A DNA stretch of 64,000 nt from Nitrospira japonica (GTDB lineage: Bacteria > Nitrospirota > Thermodesulfovibrionia > Thermodesulfovibrionales > SM23-35), in the NCBI GenBank assembly GCA_020725385.1, contig DYFC01000034.1, forward strand, positions 8,339 through 72,338, read 5' to 3'. A program made the position numbers and the translations under genes. The notes under the pieces are model-generated. The model ran no database searches. It saw only the letters and a list, made by a program, of their open reading frames with translations, and was not told where the DNA came from. Within the stretch, counting starts at the first letter, position 1; the number at the start of each line of letters is the position of its first letter. Below are positions 8,796 to 17,082 of the stretch, piece after piece.

Positions 8796-9413
8796 ATGAA
8801 AAGGAGTCTATTGGAAGTTTTTCTTTTCTATACTTTTATAAGCCTTATTCTAACAGGCTGCGGCGGAGGTGGTTCTGGCTCTCCCGGTTCTTCAGGAAGC
8901 GAAAGCACAGGCATACAGATAAGCGCTGTCTCGATAACAAGCGAAAAAGGACCGGATTTTGATGTTTTTTCTGCTCCTTTAGCCTGTCCTCCGGATAATC
9001 CTACAAAATCCGAAGCCCTTTTGACAAGAGAAGATGCAACGATAACAATAGACGCAACAGTTCTTAATCCGAGCAGCACATTTGACCCTTTTCCTGCAAG
9101 CGTTGAAGAATGCACCATAACATATTTAAAAGCCCGTGAAGACCCTTCAGCCCCTGTAATAGAATCATGGAAGATATATCCAAATTGTCCAATTTATGAT
9201 TCGCCTTCCAACATATGCAATGTATCATTAATCGATATTACACGTAAAAATAAATTCTGGACGGATATAAATGATGGTATCCATGTGCCCGCAGAATACC
9301 CAACACATTATGTAGCAAAATATCACTGCAAATATATGAATAGAGTAGGAAAGTATGGTTATTTCGATGTTGAATATGATATGTGGCTTGCAGATTTCTT
9401 AATTTGTGATTAG
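8796..9413 (+). CDS. hypothetical lipoprotein (Gly/Ser-rich linker, Cys-containing globular part)
   Basis: GGGGG RBS, signal peptide plus lipobox LTGCGGGGSGSPGSSGS. No family recognised. Confidence 0.6.
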   Translation: MKRSLLEVFLFYTFISLILTGCGGGGSGSPGSSGSESTGIQISAVSITSEKGPDFDVFSAPLACPPDNPTKSEALLTREDATITIDATVLNPSSTFDPFPASVEECTITYLKAREDPSAPVIESWKIYPNCPIYDSPSNICNVSLIDITRKNKFWTDINDGIHVPAEYPTHYVAKYHCKYMNRVGKYGYFDVEYDMWLADFLICD

Positions 9414-9421
9414 GAGGAGCG

Positions 9422-12316
9422 ATGAATAAAAAAACAATAATTGCAATTTTACTTCTTTCAATATTTTTATTTAATTGTGGAGGAGGAGGCTCGGGCGGGT
9501 CAAGTTCACCGGCTGGCGAGAAACCCGGAGTTCCCGAGATTGTTCAGGTTTTACCATCACATTATATCGCTCTGACAAATTCTGCAATAATCATAAGGGC
9601 AAAGATATTGAACGGAAACGGCGGTCCTGTTAGAAATTATCCAGTCACTTTTACTAATCTGTCCCCTATTGGAACTCTTATAAATGAAAATGATGTTCCT
9701 GTAGGAAATAAAACAGTTGTAAAAACAAACAATAGCGGTCTTGCCACAATAAAAGTAAAGTCAACCATAACAGGTTTTGCGACAATAATGGCTGAGGTTG
9801 CAAAGGGTGTGGGAATCGTAAGGGATAAAAAGACAGTATATTTCAGTTCAACTCTCGCATCACAGCCTTTCATGTATCTTGATGCAGATGCTGACAGCGA
9901 TGGAACTTATAACGAGCCCTCTGATTACACATTGTTTGAAGGCGGGAATGCTTCAGACAATCAGGTCTTAATGAGAGCAACTGTTTTCAATAAATTCGGA
10001 CAGCGTGTATATGGAGCTACCGTTAAGTTCGGATCAGACTATCCATATAAAGAAGGTTCATCAACAACATGTAGTGATGGAACAACTACATGCTATGTAA
10101 CTTTCCCCAATGGCACTACAGCTACAACCGATTCGAACGGACAGGCTTATGTTTTGGTGCAGGTTGACCCTGTATTGAGAAATCTGATAACTGTCTTAAA
10201 CATTACAGCAGTGGCAGACACAAACGGTGACGGATACGCTGATGCAGGCGGAGTTTATTCATTATATCTTTTGCCAATAACCTTGAATTCAATCACAGTT
10301 ACAGCAAGTCCGGATATAGTTGCTCCTAATGCTAAATCAACTATATCAGCGGCAGTAAAATTAAACACAGGAGGTCCTGCGCCTGATGGAACAGCTGTTG
10401 GTTTTGTAGCTGACTGTGGTTCGGTAGAGCCATTTGCTCTCACATCAACAGGGCTTGCAAAAGCAGAATTTGTTGCGCCATCAGCACCACCTTCATCAGG
10501 AACCTGCCGTGTAACAGCAACAGTTGATGGCTTAAGCAATTTTGTTGATATTACAATTTCATCCGATCTTGTTGTTGTGCCTGATGCGCAGGTAATAAGC
10601 GGGGCATCAGGCGGAACAGTTTCATATGTAATATCAGGAGGAGTAAGACCATATACTGTAACCTCATCAAATCGCTTTGTCGCGTGTAATAGCGAGGATA
10701 CTGATTGCTCCGATGCAGAGGATTCTGGCACATGGAATATATCAACTCCTGATGGAAGCGGAAACTATATATTTACAGCAACTGTACCGCCAAACACACC
10801 TTCACAATCTGTTACATTTACAGTTATGGATGCAGTAGGCAAGACAAAAACCGCAACACTTACAATCAATGTTGCTGCATTAACAGTTCAACCCGGAACA
10901 GTAACAATTGATGGCACAGCAGGTGGAATTGTAACCTTTACAATCTATGGCGGAGTTCCGCCATATGATATATTTGCAAACATTGCAGACCCTGTCTTTG
11001 CTCCTAACCCTGCGCAGGTTACATCAAGCGGAAGTGCCTTCACTGTTACAGTTCCTGCAAATACAACTGCTAAAACGATTATATATACTGTTAGGGATGC
11101 AAATGGCGCAACAACAACAGGAACTTTGACAATATCAGCAGTAGCGCCTCCGGGATTGTTAATAATCCCTGCAAGTCAGAGTGTTGTAGCTCCAAATACT
11201 GCAAGCTTCTCTGTTTCAGGCGGGACTGCGCCATATGTTATAACCTCTACAGATCCATCGAGTGCCTGTAATTCAACAGATGCAGACTGTTCTGATGCAG
11301 GTGATACAGGTATCTGGAATCTTGCATCAGCAGGCTCATTCACTGTTACTGTACCTACAAATGCTGTTGCAGGAAATGTAACATTGAATGTATTCGATTC
11401 TGTAGGTGCTACAAAGAGCGCAACGTTAACTATTATTTCTGGTGGTGCTGCGTCTGCTTTAACAATTAATCCAGCAAGTATTTCTGTAACAGGGTTAGGT
11501 CCAGATGATCCTTCTGATACTGATAAAGATGATGTTACATTTATAATTTCAGGCGGTAGCGGTTCTTATACAGTTTTCTCGTCAAATACAGCAATAGCTA
11601 AAATTAAAACTACAGGAACAAGTTCATTTACAGTTGACCCACAGCCAGTTGCCGCTACAACAGCAGCTACTTTAACAGTTGTTGATTCACTTGGTGCAAG
11701 TAAGACAGCAACAATTACTGTGACTCCATTGTCTTCGTCAATGGCTATTAACCCGAGCACACTTGCAGTTACATCGGGTACTAATAATATTGGCTTTAAC
11801 ATTATAGGTGGGGTGGCTCCTTATACTGTATATTCAAGCAATACATCAGTTATTGTTTTAGATGGCGGAGGTGGCACAGGACCATGGACAATATCTGGTA
11901 ATTCTTTTACTGCTGATGCTGCGGGTGCTGGTAATGCAGTAATAACTGTTGTTGATAGTGATGGAAAAACAGTTACTTCAAATATAACAGTGACACCTTC
12001 TGCTCAAGATTTTACACTAACGTGTGTTCCTAATGCACTTAGTATTGCTATTGGAAGTAGTGATGTTAGTACTTGTACTGTGACTTCTTTAAATGGATTT
12101 ATAAACAATGTTAATTTGAGTTGTGATGGATTACCTACTGGTGTTAGTTGTAGTTTTAGTCCTGCAATTATTGCACCTCCTCCTGCTGGTTCTTCTGATA
12201 GTAGTCTAACGATTACTATTGGTTTAGCTGCCTCTTCTGGTGTATATAATTTCAATGTTGTTGGAACAAGTGGTAGTCTTTCACATGTACAAACAATTAA
12301 CTTGACAATCCCTTAA
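9422..12316 (+). CDS. large surface lipoprotein with bacterial Ig-like (Big_1-type) domains and five repeated modules of about 90 aa
   Basis: Lipobox LFNCGGGGSGGSS. Invasin/intimin-like Ig domains (ATIKVKSTITGFATIMAEV). Repeated modules carry the x(I/V)SGGxxPY(T/V)V motif. Thr/Ser/Ala/Gly-rich. Confidence 0.75.
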   Translation: MNKKTIIAILLLSIFLFNCGGGGSGGSSSPAGEKPGVPEIVQVLPSHYIALTNSAIIIRAKILNGNGGPVRNYPVTFTNLSPIGTLINENDVPVGNKTVVKTNNSGLATIKVKSTITGFATIMAEVAKGVGIVRDKKTVYFSSTLASQPFMYLDADADSDGTYNEPSDYTLFEGGNASDNQVLMRATVFNKFGQRVYGATVKFGSDYPYKEGSSTTCSDGTTTCYVTFPNGTTATTDSNGQAYVLVQVDPVLRNLITVLNITAVADTNGDGYADAGGVYSLYLLPITLNSITVTASPDIVAPNAKSTISAAVKLNTGGPAPDGTAVGFVADCGSVEPFALTSTGLAKAEFVAPSAPPSSGTCRVTATVDGLSNFVDITISSDLVVVPDAQVISGASGGTVSYVISGGVRPYTVTSSNRFVACNSEDTDCSDAEDSGTWNISTPDGSGNYIFTATVPPNTPSQSVTFTVMDAVGKTKTATLTINVAALTVQPGTVTIDGTAGGIVTFTIYGGVPPYDIFANIADPVFAPNPAQVTSSGSAFTVTVPANTTAKTIIYTVRDANGATTTGTLTISAVAPPGLLIIPASQSVVAPNTASFSVSGGTAPYVITSTDPSSACNSTDADCSDAGDTGIWNLASAGSFTVTVPTNAVAGNVTLNVFDSVGATKSATLTIISGGAASALTINPASISVTGLGPDDPSDTDKDDVTFIISGGSGSYTVFSSNTAIAKIKTTGTSSFTVDPQPVAATTAATLTVVDSLGASKTATITVTPLSSSMAINPSTLAVTSGTNNIGFNIIGGVAPYTVYSSNTSVIVLDGGGGTGPWTISGNSFTADAAGAGNAVITVVDSDGKTVTSNITVTPSAQDFTLTCVPNALSIAIGSSDVSTCTVTSLNGFINNVNLSCDGLPTGVSCSFSPAIIAPPPAGSSDSSLTITIGLAASSGVYNFNVVGTSGSLSHVQTINLTIP

Positions 12317-12321
12317 TGAAT

Positions 12322-12347
12322 AAGGGCGGGGAAGCCCGCCCTTTGTA
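12322..12347 (+). terminator. rho-independent terminator after the Ig-like gene
   Basis: aagggcggg-gaag-cccgccctt hairpin followed by a T-rich stretch, 6 nt after the stop codon. Confidence 0.7.
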
Positions 12348-12362
12348 TAAAACATTTGTTTT

Positions 12363-12877
12363 GTCATTCTCTGGCTTGACCAGAGAATCCAGAAGGCACG
12401 GAACTGGATTCCCGCTTTCGCGGGAATGACAAAATATAGGTGTGGATTCCTCAATCAAGTTGAGGAATGACGAATTGGATGTGACATCCATAAAAAATGG
12501 AATGACGTTTAAATGACTTGTCATTCCCGGGCTTGACCCGGGAATCCAGAATTTTCTGTCATACCACAATTCTCTGGTCAAGCCAGAGGGCATGCTTGAT
12601 TGTGGTATCCAGAGGGAAGAAAGGCACAACCCCCTAACCCCCTTGACAAAGGGGGAATAGGTGTAGGGAATAACAAAGGGGGAAAGGCACAACCCCCTGA
12701 CCCCCTTAACAAAGGGGGAAAGGCACAACCCCCTAACCCCCTTGACAAAGGGGGAAAAGGGTAGTGGTTAACAAAGGGGGAATAGGTTGTGGAGAAGGGG
12801 TTACCTTATAAATTCCCCCTTAAAAAAAAGGAGGTTACCTTATTATATTCCCCCTTAGAAAAGGGGGATGAAGGGGG
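12363..12877. repeat. repeat cluster C: six GTCATTC/GTCATACC hairpin units (one nested inside another) followed by a composite G5/C5 module that runs into the DUF559 start
   Basis: Hairpin units at about 12363-12392, 12404-12430 (inverted), 12444-12473 (inverted), 12519-12548 and 12558-12614 (nested). 36-bp units from about 12625. The cluster ends ...ttaccttattatattcccccttagaaaagggggatgaagggggttgt. Confidence 0.9.
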
Positions 12878-12883
12878 TTGTTT

Positions 12884-13354
12884 ATGAAGCTTTATTACAA
12901 CCCAAAACTAAAATCTCTTTCAAGAGAACTAAGAAAAAAAGGGGTTCTTTCAGAAGCATTATTATGGAACTACTTAAAAGGCAGAAAATTGAGAGGCTAT
13001 TTATTTACAAGACAAAAACCTATTGGAAATTATATAGTAGATTTTTTTTGTAGCAAACTCAAATTAGTTATAGAGATTGACGGGGTAAGTCATGACGGTA
13101 GATACGACTATGATGAAGAAAGAGAAAAGTATCTCAAATCATTGGGATTAAAAATATTAAGGTTTAACGATACTGATGTTAAAAAAGATATAAGAAATGT
13201 ATTAATAGGTATTGAAGGTTGGATTGAAAGAAAGGAAAAGGGAGTAAACAACCCCCTGACCCCCTTAACAAAGGGGGAAAGGCACAACCCCCTGACCCCC
13301 TTAACAAAGGGGGAAAGGCACAACCCCCTGACCCCCTTAACAAAGGGGGAATAG
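12884..13354 (+). CDS. DUF559 (Vsr/restriction-endonuclease-like) domain protein with repeat-encoded C-terminal tail
   Basis: DUF559 signature LSRELRKKGVLSEALLWNYLKGRKLRGYLFTRQKPIGNYIVDFFCSKLKLVIEIDGVSH...ILRFNDTDV. ATG at 12884 lies 6 nt after the GGGGG of the repeat (track start is TTG at 12878). The last 35 aa, (NPLTPLTKGERH)x3, and the TAG stop come from 36-bp repeat units. Confidence 0.8.
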   Translation: MKLYYNPKLKSLSRELRKKGVLSEALLWNYLKGRKLRGYLFTRQKPIGNYIVDFFCSKLKLVIEIDGVSHDGRYDYDEEREKYLKSLGLKILRFNDTDVKKDIRNVLIGIEGWIERKEKGVNNPLTPLTKGERHNPLTPLTKGERHNPLTPLTKGE

Positions 13355-13427
13355 GGTAGTGGTTAACAAAGGGGGAATAGGTGTTGACAAAGGGTATGCC
13401 ATTATGAATTCCCCCTTTGTTAAGGTG
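13250..13427. repeat. repeat cluster D: 36-bp tandem unit x3 (13250-13357) plus the distal part of the composite G5/C5 module
   Basis: aaccccctgacccccttaacaaagggggaaaggcac repeated three times, then aatagggtagtggttaacaaagggggaataggtgttgacaaagggtatgccattatgaattccccctt. This is nearly identical to 12688-12835. Confidence 0.9.
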
Positions 13428-13472
13428 AAATAGCAACATATGAATTTACTTTACTTATAAAGGAGTGGAGCC

Positions 13473-15449
13473 ATGAAAAAATATTTCTGCGTTTTTATAT
13501 GCCTATTCATCGTATTATCAGGCATTCAAGCCTTTGCAGGCAATTCTTCAGAAAATGTAACCATAACCAAACCTAAAATAACTGTGGATTCAATTCTTGG
13601 AGAATTAAACAAAGGCAAATATGTTCAGGGTGAACTCCTTGTTAAATTCAAATCAGGCGCTTCGAAACAAACGTCTCAGGCAATTCATCAGTCATTAGGC
13701 GCAAAACTAATTAAAAAGTCAGCTATACTTGAAAATGTTGAACGTGTAAAGCTTCCCTCTGGTTTATCTATAAAAGATGCAATTATTCAATATATGTCAA
13801 ATCCAGATGTTGAGTATGCATCTCCTATTTTCATCAGAAAAGCTTCTGGAATCAGCAAACTCATGCCCGATGATCAGTTCTTCAGGGACCAATGGGCTTT
13901 AAGGAATACCGGGAAATATGCATATGGAACAAAAGGTGCTGATATTGATGCAACATATGCATGGCGTGTTTCAACCGGAAATTATGGAATAGTAGTAGCT
14001 GTTATCGACACCGGTATTGATTATACCCATCCTGACCTTGCTTCTAATTTATGGAGAAATAATGCAGAATGTAATGGTACAGCAGGTGTTGATGATGATG
14101 GCAATGGTTTTATTGATGACTGCACAGGATGGAATTTTGTAACATGCGAGGAATGGGGTGATTCGGGGTGTCTTTATCCAACGACCGGAAATAATGACCC
14201 TATGGATTATTACGGTCATGGAACACATGTGGCAGGAATTATTGGAGCAATCGGAAACAATGGTGTAGGCGTGACAGGGGTGATGTGGAGAGCCCGAATA
14301 ATGCCTGTAAGGGTCTTAAATCAATATGGTGAAGGTGATGATTCAGATATAGCAGAAGGTATTAAATATGCTGTTGACAATGGAGCAAAAGTTATAAATG
14401 CGAGTCTTGGCGGCTACGGGACAAGTCCTGTTCTGGAAGATGCAATGAATTATGCGTATTCACACGGCGTTCTTTTTGTTGCAGCAGCGGGGAACGAGTC
14501 AAATAATAATGATATAAATCCTTTCTATCCGGCAAGCTATTCATATGCAAATATAATTTCAGTGGCTGCAACAGATCAGGATGACCTTAGGGTTCAATTT
14601 AGCAATTTTGGTTATAGCTCTGTTGATGTTGGAGCTCCGGGTGTTTATATCATAAGCACCGTGCCAACATGGTGGGCTGATTATTATGGTTATGGTTATC
14701 TTGAGCATTTTGCAGGAACTTCAATGGCAGCGCCTCATGTTAGCGGTCTTGCAGGGCTTTTATATTCATACTACGTTAATTTTGACTATAGTCAAATAAA
14801 GAATATGATTATGAGTTATGTAGATGTACTTCCATCGTTGGATGGCTGGGTTTTTTCAAGAGGAAGAATAAATGCATTCAGCTCAATGTCTGCCTTATGG
14901 GAGCCTTTTGATCTTAAATTGAAAATAAAAGGTTCATATGTTGAGCTTAAATGGACTGATGTTGCGCATGCCGAGCAATATACGCTTGTTGAACGTAAGA
15001 CAGAAGGCGGAACATATGTTACACTTGCGACATTAGGCGCAAATGTAAATTCATATACAGACACTTATGGAATATCTGAAGGTGTTAAATATACATATCG
15101 CATTAGACTTAAAAATCAGATCGGCGAAACACCGGGACATCCTGATAATGAACGCTCTATTTCAACCGGTTTGATTGCGCCATCAGGGCTTAGAGCAACT
15201 GCACTGTCTAAATCAAAAGTAAAACTAACGTGGTTTGATGGTTCGGGTTCTGAAAAAGGCTTTAAAATATACAGGCACAATGGAACAGGTTCTTATATAC
15301 ATATAAAAACAGTTGGCAAAAATGTAACTTCATATACTGATAAGAAACTTGCCACAGGAACAAAGTACTGGTATCAGGTAAAAGCGTATAATGACTCGGG
15401 AGATTCTGATCCGTCAAATGAGGCAGAAGTTACAACCTCAGCCAAGTAA
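13473..15449 (+). CDS. secreted subtilisin-like serine protease (peptidase S8) with two C-terminal fibronectin type III domains
   Basis: Signal peptide. Catalytic triad motifs VAVIDTGID (Asp), HGTHVAGIIGA (His), GTSMAAPHVSGLAGLL (Ser). Two FN3-like repeats (YTLVERK...YTYRI, FKIYRHN...YWYQVKAYN). Confidence 0.9.
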   Translation: MKKYFCVFICLFIVLSGIQAFAGNSSENVTITKPKITVDSILGELNKGKYVQGELLVKFKSGASKQTSQAIHQSLGAKLIKKSAILENVERVKLPSGLSIKDAIIQYMSNPDVEYASPIFIRKASGISKLMPDDQFFRDQWALRNTGKYAYGTKGADIDATYAWRVSTGNYGIVVAVIDTGIDYTHPDLASNLWRNNAECNGTAGVDDDGNGFIDDCTGWNFVTCEEWGDSGCLYPTTGNNDPMDYYGHGTHVAGIIGAIGNNGVGVTGVMWRARIMPVRVLNQYGEGDDSDIAEGIKYAVDNGAKVINASLGGYGTSPVLEDAMNYAYSHGVLFVAAAGNESNNNDINPFYPASYSYANIISVAATDQDDLRVQFSNFGYSSVDVGAPGVYIISTVPTWWADYYGYGYLEHFAGTSMAAPHVSGLAGLLYSYYVNFDYSQIKNMIMSYVDVLPSLDGWVFSRGRINAFSSMSALWEPFDLKLKIKGSYVELKWTDVAHAEQYTLVERKTEGGTYVTLATLGANVNSYTDTYGISEGVKYTYRIRLKNQIGETPGHPDNERSISTGLIAPSGLRATALSKSKVKLTWFDGSGSEKGFKIYRHNGTGSYIHIKTVGKNVTSYTDKKLATGTKYWYQVKAYNDSGDSDPSNEAEVTTSAK

Positions 15450-15469
15450 CGTAATTTACTTATTAGTTT

Positions 15470-15932
15470 GTCATTCTCTGGCTCGACCAGAAGAGAAGGG
15501 TGTGACAACCCCCTAGCCCCCTTGACAAAGGGGGAAAGGCACAACCCCCTAACCCCCTTAACAAAGGGGGAAAAGCACAACCCCCTAACCCCCTTGACAA
15601 AGGGGGAATAGGGTAGTGGTTAACAAAGAGGGAATAGGTGTAGGGAATAACAAAGGGGGAATAGGGTGCATGAAAAGGGAATGCCATTATAAATTCCCCC
15701 TTAAAAAAAAGGGGGTTACCTTATTATATTCCCCCTTAAAAAAAAGGGGGTTACCTTATTATATTCCCCCTTAGAAAAGGGGGATGAAGGGGGTTGTAAA
15801 AGCCTTTAAAATTTTGTTGTTCTCGGGTCCTCTGGTTCCACCAAACAAATGGCGGACAAGCAAGTCAAAGGGCGTGCTTGATTGTGGTATCCAGAAACCT
15901 TGAAACTGGATTCCCGCTTTCGCGGGAATGAC
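15470..15932. repeat. repeat cluster E: hairpin unit, 36-bp units x3, composite module with 35-bp tandem unit (15703-15772), degenerate nested unit and a terminal inverted hairpin unit
   Basis: Same element order as cluster C but without a DUF559 gene. aaaaaaaagggggttaccttattatattccccctt occurs twice, followed by agaaaagggggatgaagggggttgt. Confidence 0.9.
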
Positions 15933-15967
15933 AGAAAAAATTTCGAATAACAAAAATGGTTTTAAGT

Positions 15968-16486
15968 CTATTTTTTAAGTTTTGCTATCAAATCCCTTAC
16001 CTTTGAAGCATCCGGCGCATTAGGTGAAATTGCAAGATATTGCTCGAATTCTTTTACTGCTTCGGATTTTTGTTTGAGATCAAAAGCCAGAACTACTCCA
16101 AGATTTCTATGGGCATTTGCATGATTGGGATTGATTGAAATGGCTTTTCTATATTCTTCAGCAGCTTTATCCGGTTTTCCGATGCTTCTGTAACATGTTC
16201 CCATATCAACCCTTACATCAACATTATTGGGGTCTATTTCAAGGGCTCTGCTATAGGCATCAATAGCATCGGCAAAACGATGTGTATCCATATAAATATT
16301 TCCAAGTTCAATTTGTGCATTTACATCTTTGGGATTCTGTCTTATTGATTCTTTAAGTTGAAAAATCTTATTTTCCAGGACCGGAGAGGTTGAAGGAACT
16401 TGAGAATAGGTTTTTGTATCTTCTTTTTTCTTACAGCCAGTCACTATTAGAAATGAAATAAAAAATATTATTAAAAATTTTTTCAT
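15968..16486 (-). CDS. TPR-repeat lipoprotein
   Basis: Lipobox LIVTGCKK. Three to four TPR motifs (AIDAYSRALEIDPNN, AAEEYRKAISINPNH, ...). Confidence 0.8.
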   Translation of the reverse strand: MKKFLIIFFISFLIVTGCKKKEDTKTYSQVPSTSPVLENKIFQLKESIRQNPKDVNAQIELGNIYMDTHRFADAIDAYSRALEIDPNNVDVRVDMGTCYRSIGKPDKAAEEYRKAISINPNHANAHRNLGVVLAFDLKQKSEAVKEFEQYLAISPNAPDASKVRDLIAKLKK

Positions 16487-16591
16487 AGCACTCTCCTCAC
16501 TTGTTAAAAATTTTATTATTTTACCTCAAATAATAAGATTATTGCATAACATCCTATATCCGCAGAACCTTAACCCGATTGAGATTTGGTC

Positions 16592-16620
16592 TTGACAAAT
16601 AGATTTAGATTTGATATTAA
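16592..16620 (+). promoter_or_regulatory. sigma-70-type promoter upstream of the PilZ gene
   Basis: TTGACA, 17 nt, TATTAA, followed by AGGAAAGGGG RBS and ATG at 16639. Confidence 0.5.
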
Positions 16621-16638
16621 AAAGGAAAGGGGCGGGAG

Positions 16639-16956
16639 ATGTTTAAGTATGAGGAGACGACCTATTTGGAAAAGAGGTTTATCGAACAGAGAAAGCATCT
16701 GCGTTATCCCTTTAACTATGCAATAAAATATACTATTGCACCGATATTGGATGAAAATTATTCAACAGGAATAATATCAAATATCAGTAGTTCCGGAATG
16801 TGTCTTTATACTTCCTGTGCCCTTGTTAAGGGTCAGGAAATAATTTTCAGGACGATCCTGCCAACTTTTTACAAAAAGGCAATAGTGCGTTGGTGTGAAA
16901 ACACAGATAGAAATTTCTGGAAATCCGGCCTGGAATTTATCCATAGTAATAATTAA
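16639..16956 (+). CDS. PilZ domain protein (putative c-di-GMP receptor)
   Basis: RxxxR (RKHLR) and (D/N)xSxxG (NISSSG) PilZ signature motifs at the correct spacing. Confidence 0.75.
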   Translation: MFKYEETTYLEKRFIEQRKHLRYPFNYAIKYTIAPILDENYSTGIISNISSSGMCLYTSCALVKGQEIIFRTILPTFYKKAIVRWCENTDRNFWKSGLEFIHSNN

Positions 16957-16968
16957 CCCAAATTTAAT

Positions 16969-16997
16969 TTGACAGCCGGCTAATAAATTACTATAAT
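16969..16997 (+). promoter_or_regulatory. consensus sigma-70 promoter for the OmpA-family gene
   Basis: Perfect TTGACA, 17 nt, TATAAT. About 85-nt leader, AGGAGG RBS before ATG at 17083. Confidence 0.65.
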
Positions 16998-17082
16998 TCT
17001 TACATCAGATAAAATATTTTCTAATTTTCCATTTCAAATTATTAATAAAGACAATATTATTTTTTCAAGAAAGGAGGATTTT

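Noticed and set aside
9637-12255. Multiple antisense or alternative-frame ORFs inside the Ig-like gene. Similar ones lie inside the OmpA, nuoL, ABC ATPase, pilQ and accC genes, for example 10255-10731, 18033-18503 and 25861-26268.
   Set aside because: They lie entirely within strongly supported genes on the opposite strand or in another frame. They have repetitive or low-complexity translations and no start signals.
12297-12728. ORF-track ORFs lying inside repeat clusters: 7773-8009, 12297-12728, 13108-13323, 13179-13439, 15374-15580, 15463-15687 and 15771-15953.
   Set aside because: They are translations of the interspersed repeats (SPFVKGVRGL, VIPAKAGIQ, PPLLRGSGGCAF periodic peptides). 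They lack RBS sites and overlap each other in several frames, so they are spurious.
12625-12877. G-quadruplex formation by the G5 runs (GGGGGTCAGGGGG pairs on the minus strand).
   Set aside because: Adjacent G-run pairs are separated by about 26 nt, and each G5 has a complementary C5 within 10 nt. Hairpins are therefore the far more likely structure. This cannot be evaluated without experiments.
13250-13357. 36-bp direct repeats (also at 12625-12760 and 15497-15600) considered as a possible CRISPR array.
   Set aside because: The units are directly adjacent with no unique spacers. There are only 3-4 copies per locus. They are part of a larger composite module and no cas genes are present.
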